From Octopus bimaculoides (Eukaryota): 64,000 bases of DNA. Numbering within the stretch: the first letter of the stretch is position 1; the number at the start of each line of letters is the position of its first letter. The translations under genes were made by a program, and so were the position numbers. The notes beneath the pieces were generated by a model. The model ran no database searches. It saw only the letters and a program-made list of their open reading frames with translations, and had not been told where the DNA came from. Location of the stretch: the NCBI RefSeq assembly GCF_001194135.2, contig NC_068981.1:53554717-53618716 (forward strand), read 5' to 3'. Positions 27,101 to 37,729 of the stretch are shown here, piece by piece.

Positions 27101-30100
27101 CAACATGGTGGACTAGCATGAGGTGTGTTGTGTGTGCAGACCACGTAGAGTGTCCACTTTATATACCTGTGTTTGCTGTAGTCGAAGTACGCTGCTGATT
27201 CTATGCATCCCAGTACAGTGTTTGTAGCTAATGAGACGATGGCGCCGTAATTTTTGTTTGCATGTGTTATTTATTTGTCTGAGTGAGAGATGTAGTCATT
27301 CTTCTTGTTAAACTTCATGTCAAGCTTAAGCGAACAGACGTATGACCAAATGTATTCCAGCCATGACCATACCGTCTTTATCCTTTACGTATAGAACCTA
27401 GGGTCACTTAATCAAAAATGTTCTTTTCTAAGATGGGAGGGTGTGGATTTTCTAAGATGGAAGGCAGATTTTACCGCTATTTCTAATAAACCGATACATC
27501 ACGTACAGAATCTCTCTTTAGGAGAGTATATTAATATTCTGGTATTTTGTAGATTTTGGGGATGTTTAAAGATAATTTCATGTTATGAACAGGGACTGAG
27601 AGGTTTGAGAAGGTTTGCTACAGTTAACTGTGCCTCTCAAATATTTAGATGTCTTTTTTTGTAGGGGGGATTTATTTTTAGTGTTTTTATTTCGTTGAGT
27701 AAATAGATTTTCTATGGATGTGATCTGCGTGTCTTGAGGAGTATGTTATTTGTAGTTTATTGTAGTTATAAGGTGGAGGCCCAATGGCCCAGTGGTTAGG
27801 GAAGCGGTCATAGGATCGCGGTTTCGATTCCCAGACCGGGCCTTGTGAGTGTTTATTGAGCGAAAACACCTAAAGCTCCACGAGGCTCCGGCAGGGGATG
27901 GTGGCGAACCCTGCTGTATTCTTCCACCACAACTTTCTCTCACTCTTACTTCATGTTTCTGTTGTGCCTGTAATTCAGAGGGTCAGCCTTGTCACACTGT
28001 GTCACGCTGAATATCCCCGAGAACTACGTTAAGGGTACACTTGTCTGTGGAGTGCTCAACCACTTACACGTTAATTTCACGAGCAGGCTGTTCCGTTGAT
28101 CGGATCAACTGGAACCCTCGACGTCGTAAGCGACGGAGTGCCAACAAAAGTAGTCATAAGGTTGAGATAGATCTAATACAATCTATGATGGATCTAGTGC
28201 ATTGTCTGTTATTGTTTTGTTTTTTGTTTTTTAGCTAAATGTAGTACATGCGGCGTTTTAATTTATTTGCTATATTCCATTTGTGCTATGAATGTTTTAG
28301 GTAACCCCCACTATTTTTGTCTTCTGTGTGAGGCATATTTTTTGGTTCTCTGGTACTACTGGTAAAAAGAAAGCTGGTGGGCTTGGCTGTTATTTTAAGT
28401 TTCTAAGTGATTGGTGCTTCAATTAGTTGTGCAGCTGTATTTGTAGAATTGTGGGTAGATGTCAATGTGTGTTATCTGCGTATTAGATTGTGTGTATATT
28501 TTGAAGAAGTGTCAAGAGGCCATGTAGGTATAGATTAAAAAGAGTCGAGCAGAAGGCGGATCCTTGGTGGACTCCATTTGGGAAATTTCAAATTCAGAAT
28601 GTGTTGTTTTGGTTTTATGACTTGAGAGATAGCCAATTCAAAGGAAGAATAAATTATTAGCAACAGAAGCAGTATGAATACTAGAAGATAATCTTTATCT
28701 CTAATTTAACGTGGCAGCTGAACACAGATTACAGTGTTATTTATCTTGAAAGGACCTCTAAATGAGGGTGATTTTATGCACCATGAGTCAATATGAGAGG
28801 TCCTTTCAAGGTAAATAATCCGGTATTCTGTATTCTAACACAACTTTTACGTTAAGTTGAAAAATAGATTGTTTTGATGTAAGGACGATGAAAAGTGTAA
28901 CGTTTCAAGCAGAATCCTTTGTCCAAGAAAAGTGTTTTCTTACGGTTCCCGAGAGATAGTTCCTCGCTTGCATTTCGTGTTGTTTCTTAAAATATTAAAT
29001 ATTTTGTGTATAAGAGGCGGATAGAGACGAAAGTTTTATGGATGTTAGTGGTAGTTAGAAAGATGCATATGGAGATGAAGTCGTCATGTATCTCCTTTGT
29101 AAAGTTTCTGAATGGTGCGTTGGTTGACTGTAGGGTACTTGTAGGGATTTAGAATTTTAACCAACTTCTATATCCTAGGGATTTTATAGCGATGATACAA
29201 GTAGTTGTCTGCATCTATTCTTATAAACACTTATTGAACGACTGCATAGAGACTTGTACAGCAAGCATTTGTATACATGAGTATGTTTGCTTCTAAATTT
29301 AAGTTGTTTATAGTTGCGAAAGAATTTATCAAAAGAATTTCATTACTAAGTGTAATAAAACTCAATACTGTTTATTTCAAAATATGAAAAGCGGACGATG
29401 ATGGACAGTGTGATAATCCGGTATAGTTTCCAACAAATATTATTTTTGAAAATAGTAAATAAATTTCGTAGCAGTATAAAAAGTTTTATTTTTGTCGATG
29501 CAGAACACCACTAGTTTCCTTTGATTCTGTTTTTATTTACTGAAAATAGGTCAACATGGAAGGTACATTTCTTTAAAGACGAGACACTTTTTCATGTTTT
29601 AAAACAAAACACTAAAATATTGGTTTATATGTGTTATATAGTTTTTGCTTTTTGTTTTTAGTTCGTTGGAGTTGAAGCTGTGGTAACTCTTATTGTGGAC
29701 CAGTTTCCCAAACAACTACGTCGAGGCTATCGCAAAGAAATATTCACTGGTTGTGTGTGCATAGCGTCCTTTTTATTCGGATTGCCGATGTGTATGAATG
29801 TAAGTATATTATCAGAAAAAAGATCTTTTGACATTTTTATATCAACTTTACTTATTTATCTATTTCTAAAGGAGAAACAAAAAATTCTGGTATTCATTGT
29901 TCTGGAATGAACTATTTCAAAATTCAGAAGAGAAAGAACTACACACACTGGTAATGAAAACTAGATAGTCAACTTAAATCGCCTGGCGCTGAGCTCAATT
30001 CGACTAAGAAAAGAGTATATTTAAAAATAACTAGAAATTTGTAGAGACTGCTTCAGAGATGTTATCAGTTCTTAATATACTGCTTCGTTTCGTTAATTAA

Positions 30101-31840
30101 TGTAACAAATACAACCTTCTGCTTGATTAAACTTTCTTATCCGTATACAATATTATATTTAATATTTGCATTATTGTCTGTACAAAACAATATATACACA
30201 GTTTGTTTTGGGAAGATATACGCATTAGCTTGTGAAGTGATACGCAACATGGATAACCTCTGTATCTATCTCCGTGCTTACCATATTAATGAAAAGAAAA
30301 TCACTATATTGATGTATAATAATGTGCGCAAATAGGTGTCAACAATTATAATTACTGATGGAAATTACCAAGAGAAGCTAAACACATAAAAGCTAACAGT
30401 CAAGTTAGTGAGGAATGTAGCGAGGAAAAAAATCTAATTTATAATACTTATGCGATGAGGAGAAAACATTAGCTCAATAATTAATATTATTCACTTCACT
30501 CAATCCTTCCTTCCTAAAAGTCTAATTGTCTAGGCTTTTGAAAAATGATTGAGGGAAGTCCACACCTTCCCAGCAGGTATCAACATGTATGAGGTTCTAC
30601 GAAGACTATATTTCTTTAAATATCCAAACATTTTCTTAAATCTCTTTATATAGATTGTGGAATTTTTTGACTTGTTGAGTCTGGGAAAGAGGCATAATCT
30701 TTGGAGGCTCTCCGGAGCCGGTGATCCTGATGCTATCAATGTTCTTTTTAAATCTGAAGGGAGAATATCCCACTGAACAAAAGTTCTGGAGAGAAAGGAC
30801 TGGGAATAATTATTAGTGCTAGATCGAGGGTTTGGGTGCACCAAGAGTGACGAACGATGAGAAGCTGAATAAATTGGGGTGTCTGAGTGGAGGAGGCACG
30901 ATATCAGCTAGCTCTGATGAACACAAGCCATTGTAGTAACGAGAAAACGGACAGAGAAGAAATAGCACGCTTGTAAGCCTGTGGCTGGATCATGTCTGCA
31001 AGTGGTTGAAAACAAACTAAAAAAATGGCTTTCTTTGGATGCCATCCAAGATGTTTGAGTGCCGAGTAGTAGCAACACTGTTCTAGATGTAAGAGCAATA
31101 TTCCACTGTGGGCTTCACTTAAGCCTGGTAGAATGTCAGCAGCTTTTGGAGCCTGAAATACTTTTGGGTCATGAAGTGAATAGCCAGCCTTAGAAATGTC
31201 GTCCTAGCTATGCTAAGTTTATGCTTTCACCGGGAGAGAGCCTCGGTGACAGTAGGACCAAGTTTTTGGAACGACTGTGAAGGTCCTAGCTGAGTGAGGT
31301 TCATGTTTAGTGGGGGGCGTGGTGCGATGCTGTTTTCTTGATATGAATAGTGCTTGAGGGTTTGTTTTTTCTGTTCAAAGAAACCCGCTGAAGGATTCTC
31401 TCAATGTCTTTGTGTATGGAATTAATACCGAATTGGCATGTAGTGTCTAGGCTGTGTGGATGATGCATGGTTGGGAAAAGTTAGAAAATTGCGAAGAATC
31501 ACATTAATGCAAGTTTTTACTTTAATTCTATGAAATGCATTTAATTGCTACCTGGATTATATACAGAATATACATACACGTGCTGAGCATACACAGATGC
31601 ACACATATAATGATATGTTCTCTTAAATAAACCTGTCATTGATTATATATATATAATATTAGGGATAAAATCCAGAATTACAGGTAAAAACTCAATTAAA
31701 ATCAATTTATTAAAAATTAAAATTAAATTAAGTTTCATCGATGAGTTCATGAACCTTGGTTCTTTTCCCTAAAACTATATATATNNNNNNNNNNNNNNNN
31801 NNNNNNNNNNNNNNNNNNNNNNNNNNNNNNNNNNNNNNNN

Positions 31841-31881
<41 letters not shown>

Positions 31882-34149
31882 CATTATATTATATTATATA
31901 TCAGGTATTCAACTATATTGCATTGTGATTGTCTTGATAATTATTTAAAATATATATATTCGCGTTTTTGTTGGGTTCCCCTGGCCCTTTATTAAGTGTT
32001 TTTCGTTAGTATCACTAAGTTGTTGGTGTATGGTGAAAGGCTTTGCCATAATAGTATCTAATACTATTACAAAATATAACAAGCGTGAATGTGGCAATAT
32101 GAGCATAGTTGGAATAGAGATCTTGATTCTACCACAACACAACTCCTTCAGATAAACTAGAACATTTCTAAAATCATTATTGTTTTATTTGATATGTGTA
32201 TATTTTATGTTCTATCTAATACACGTACAAATTATTAAAAAAAATTTTCTTTAATATTTTCGCCTTCAGGGAGGGATGTATGTGTTCCAGATATTTGACT
32301 TTTATGCTGCGAGTCGTATAATCCTTCTTGTTGGAGGATTGGAATGTATAGCAATAGCTTGGATTTATGGTAAGTAATGTCAAAGCTAAATTCTCTTGTG
32401 ATGCTCAGTTCCTATTCTGAGAGATAAAAAAAAATAATAATTCCACTCTTAATGTATTAGTCAATTCAAAGGTATGATTGAAGACACTTGCCCAAGGTGT
32501 CGTTCAGTAAGAAACAAATTTATTTCACAACACCATTATTATTGCATCTATTTATGCAACATTTTCACAAAATAGAGGAGCCTGCTTCAAAATATTATAT
32601 ATTTTCCTCTGAATTCTCAATTTTCTAAAAATGTGTACGTCACCGTTCCAAAAACGAATTGAGTTCTTTTGTGTATTTTATTCAATGTAATTCTTGTATT
32701 TTATTGAATGTAATTCTTGTTTAATATTTAGTTCGCTCCTCCAATCTTTCACGGATGTAAGATTCTATGGAAATAGGAAGAATAGTTATTCTGTCGTCAT
32801 AGAAGAATACTTATACTTAAATAAGTAGAGCATAACTTGGCTCTGAATCACGGCTACTGTCTATATTATTACGTTCTCTCCTCTATACGTAGTTCTTTGT
32901 TTTGTTCTTATTAATTGAAAGCCATAATCAATGACGCGACGACATACTATAGAAATGAACCACAGTAATCACTCGACTATCGCAGGTGTTACGTTCCAAA
33001 AACCCCGCGATAGGTGAAAATCCGCGAAGTAGAAACAGTATTGTACTGCATTGTTTTTATTATTTTTATAATTTGTACATATTTTATTATAAATGCAAAA
33101 CAACACCACAGAGGAATCGACATAAGCTTAAATAATAAACCGTGATAGGAAGGTAGCGAGCTGGCACGCCGGGCGGAACGCTTAGCGGTATTTCGTCTGT
33201 CTTTACGTTCTGAGTTCAAATTCCGCTGAGGTTGACTTTTCCTTTCACTCTTTCAGGGTCGATAAATTAAGTACCAGTTGCATACTTGGACCGATCTTAT
33301 TGACTGCCTCCCCTCCCTCAAAATTTCGGGCCTTGTGCCTAAAGCAGAAAAGAATAAACCGCGATATGGCGAATGATTACTATATTGACGAACTAAACTA
33401 GTAGCCCAGTTTTCATTGGACGAGAGTGTTATCCAATATTTAAAAAAAACTATGAACTGAGTTCAAATCCTGCCGGGCCAATTTAGCCTTTCATCTTTCC
33501 GAGATCATAAATAAAGCACTAGTCAATTTAGTTGACTCTATTCATCTTAGCTGATTAGAGGTATTGTACTTATGTTAAAATTCAATACCTTACAAAATAC
33601 TGTAAAAATTTTAGTATTAATCGTTCATGACAGAAAAAGATTAGTGAATGTTCAAGATTAGACTTACTAGATCTATTTCTTTACAGATAGGCTAAAATTT
33701 TTATACGGGATTATACAATCCAATGAGTGCCTTCCTATTTAAGACATTCGTGGTATATGACAGCGACTTGGCTGCTATTTCTAGCCTTTTGAGTGACTGC
33801 ACTGAACTTCTCTCGTTTGCTCCCGTGATAGAATGTAGTCTGCAGGTAATAATCAAGTTGATATGAAACCTTACTAAAATTTTACCTTTAATACACTAAA
33901 AACTGAAAACCATTCTCTCGAGAATATATTCAATATACTCAGTTCTAAATAGCTACTTACCCGATTTTGATTAATTTTTCAGGTGTTAATCGATTTTATG
34001 ACAATATTGAAATGATGATAGGATTCAGAATAGGACCATTCATGAAATTCAGTTGGTTGATAACATCTCCAGCGTTTTGTTTAGTAAGTTCATTTTGTTT
34101 TCAAAAGTTGTTGCAAAAGAATGTAAAACTTTCTGGAAATGTACGTTGA

Positions 34150-34220
<71 letters not shown>

Positions 34221-34770
34221 GAGGCGCATTGGCCCAGTGGTTAGGGCAGCGGACTCGCGGTCATAGGATCGCGGTTTTCGTTGTGAGTGTTTATTGATCG
34301 AAAACACCTAAAGCTCCACGAGGCTCCGGCAGGGGATGGTGGCGAACCCTGCTGTACTCTTTCACCTCGACTTTCTCTCACTCTTACTTCCTGTTTCTGT
34401 TGTGCCTGTAATTCAAAGGGTCAGCCTTGTCACACTGTGTCACGNNNNNNNNNNNNNNNNNNNNNNNNNNNNNNNNNNNNNNNNNNNNNNNNNNNNNNNN
34501 NNNNNNNNNNNNNNNNNNNNNNNNNNNNNNNNNNNNNNNNNNNNNNNNNNNNNNNNNNNNNNNNNNNNNNNNNNNNNNNNNNNNNNNNNNNNNNNNNNNN
34601 NNNNNNNNNNNNNNNNNNNNNNNNNNNNNNNNNNNNNNNNNNNNNNNNNNNNNNNNNNNNNNNNNNNNNNNNNNNNNNNNNNNNNNNNNNNNNNNNNNNN
34701 NNNNNNNNNNNNNNNNNNNNNNNNNNNNNNNNNNNNNNNNNNNNNNNNNNNNNNNNNNNNNNNNNNNNNN

Positions 34771-34829
<59 letters not shown>

Positions 34830-37695
34830 GGCAGTGAGTGGCAGAATCGTTAGTGCACCGAACGAAATACTTAGCGGTATTTCGCCTGTTATTACGTTCT
34901 GAGTTCAAATTCTGCTGAGGTCGACTTTGCCTTTCATCCTTTTGGGGTCAATAAAATAAGTACCAGTTGAACACTGAGGTTGATATAATCGACTCATCCC
35001 CTCCCCCAAAATTGCTGCTCTTGTGGCAAAATTTGAAACCATTATTATTACTATTATCATCATTATTATTATTAAGACAGTGAGATGGCAGAATCATTAG
35101 CATGCCAGACAAAATTATTAGCAGCATTTCATCTGCCTTTATGGTCTGAGTTCAAATTCTGCAGGGGTTGACTTTGCCTTTCATCTTGTGTGGATTAATA
35201 AAATAAGTACCAATTGAGCATTGAGTCCTTGTAATCGACTTATCCCTTCTTCTGAAATTGCTAGCCTTGTGCCAAAATCTAAAGCCATTATTAGTATTAT
35301 TACTAGTTAAGATGGCAAGTTGGCAAAGTCGTTAGAGCATTGAACAAAATGCTTATAGAGTGTCTATTAAAGTGCACAACATATAATCATTGAGTTTGAA
35401 GTTCATATATAGAGAAGCCTGGACAAAAATTTATCTGACTATACAGACAATTCCAAATTAAAGATTTATCGGCTATAATAGTCATAAAGTATAGATAAGA
35501 ACTACAAGACAGGAGGATATTGTATTAAACTATTTATTTAAAACAACTTTACACTGTTTCATTGAGAATTGTACAATGGTTGAGTAATAGTTAACCTTAT
35601 GCCTTCTTATAGAAGTTTTATGAAAAGTGAAGAACTGTGTTTGAGGATATGTACTCTTATACCTCCATGGTACCCTCAAGCTAGGGTTAAATAAATAACT
35701 CCAACAATCCATTCAAATGGCTACCAAATATTCCTTTGGATAAGTCTGTAGAAATTTCTCCCTCTAATTGGGATAAATTAAGTCAAACGAAAATGTACAA
35801 CAATAGCTTACCACTTTACATATCGTTGGTGCCCATCAGTTGACTTTAAAGGTGATGGATATGGAAATTGTGAGGCTTGTGCTTTCTGTAACACCTTAAC
35901 TCTCGGAAGCTTTTTCAGTCTTCTATTATAACTCCATTCATGTCTAAGATACTCTGTAGGGACAATAAAAATAGACCTAACACTTGACTGGTACTTTGTT
36001 TTTTCAATCCTGCAAGGAAGAAAAGTGAAACTGACCTTTCCAGGGTTTGAATTCCGAACATAAAGTACTGAAACTAAATACTACAAGCATATTGTTCAAT
36101 TCTTTAACTAGTCAGCCAACAGACTATTGAAGTGAAATTAAATAATTCCCACAAAGAATCAAAACTAAAGTGCTATCTTAGGGAGAAAACTAAAATGCTA
36201 TCAATTTAGTATAAAGTAACCTTATAGGAAAAAAATATATATATGTTTAGTTTTGAAATATCAAATATGCATTAAGATTATCTCTTCAATTATTTATCAT
36301 ACATTTTAGCCATTCATTTAAATAAAAAGTATCTTCTCTTTTGTTTTTCAGATAATATTTATAATGAGTGTAGTAAACTATAGTGAACTCAAATACAAAA
36401 GACCATCAGGGACCTATGTATATCCAGACTGGGCTGTTGGAGTTGGCTGGACAATGGCTCTTGTCTCAGCCATTTTTATTCCAATTGTTGCCTTAGTTTT
36501 GGTTCTCAAGCAGTCAAATGCAAAAGAGGTAAGTTGTAAAACATTTGCTGCAATTATTTAAAGTAAAATGAAAATAAACCTGGAAGTGGGTTGATGAAAT
36601 CTTCATCATCACCCTAAACATCATCATACACATTATCATCATCATAATCATCGTCAGACTCCTCCTCCTCTCCTCCTCCTCCTCCCGCTCCTCCTCCTCC
36701 CGCTCCTCCTCCTCCTCATCATCATCGTCATCATCGTCATCATCATCATCCTCATCATTAGCACTTCAGTGCATTAGCTTAATTACTATTTATCACACTT
36801 GTTTGAACTGGAAAATCCAAACTATGAGTTTCTTTATTTTGTCCTATTCAACTGCCAACATGTTTCTTCAGTAATGTCATTCTATTTGTGGCAAACACTT
36901 GTTATATCCTCTAATATATTATCCTCGTGTTGTCATCAAATCCAGACACACNNNNNNNNNNNNNNNNNNNNNNNNNNNNNNNNNNNNNNNNNNNNNNNNN
37001 NNNNNNNNNNNNNNNNNNNNNNNNNNNNNNNNNNNNNNNNNNNNNNNNNNNNNNNNNNNNNNNNNNNNNNNNNNNNNNNNNNNNNNNNNNNNNNNNNNNN
37101 NNNNNNNNNNNNNNNNNNNNNNNNNNNNNNNNNNNNNNNNNNNNNNNNNNNNNNNNNNNNNNNNNNNNNNNNNNNNNNNNNNNNNNNNNNNNNNNNNNNN
37201 NNNNNNNNNNNNNNNNNNNNNNNNNNNNNNNNNNNNNNNNNNNNNNNTATATATATATATATATCGATTTAAATAAGAGCTAAAATCTGATCTATTGTAT
37301 CTCTTCAGGGTCGTATTAATTCAAAGCAGACAGTAAAAATAGACAACATTCATAGTTGACCTATAATTACATGTAAATAAACAAGTTGAAAAGTCATGAT
37401 ATGTAATGAAACCGTATAGCATATCGGTGTTGAAACCGTAAGAAGACAAAGTAAATGATAATTGATGTTAATTTATGATGTTATGCTGTGAAGTTCGATA
37501 ACGAACCAATACGGAACGCTGTACATTTCAAAAAAGACCGTTGGAGTTATGAAAGTAAATAAAAAATACAGAACGAAGAAAAAACCGTTAGATATTAAAA
37601 AAATAAAAAAATATAAAAATATATTTTTTTACACAAGTTAATGGTCAAATAGAAGTAAATCTAATAAGTAATACTAATATATAATATACCATATA

Positions 37696-37729
<34 letters not shown>

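Noticed and set aside
27775-27840. tRNA-like A and B boxes (also in SINE A, B and C heads)
   Set aside because: They continue into SINE bodies and form no full cloverleaf, so they are not tRNA genes.
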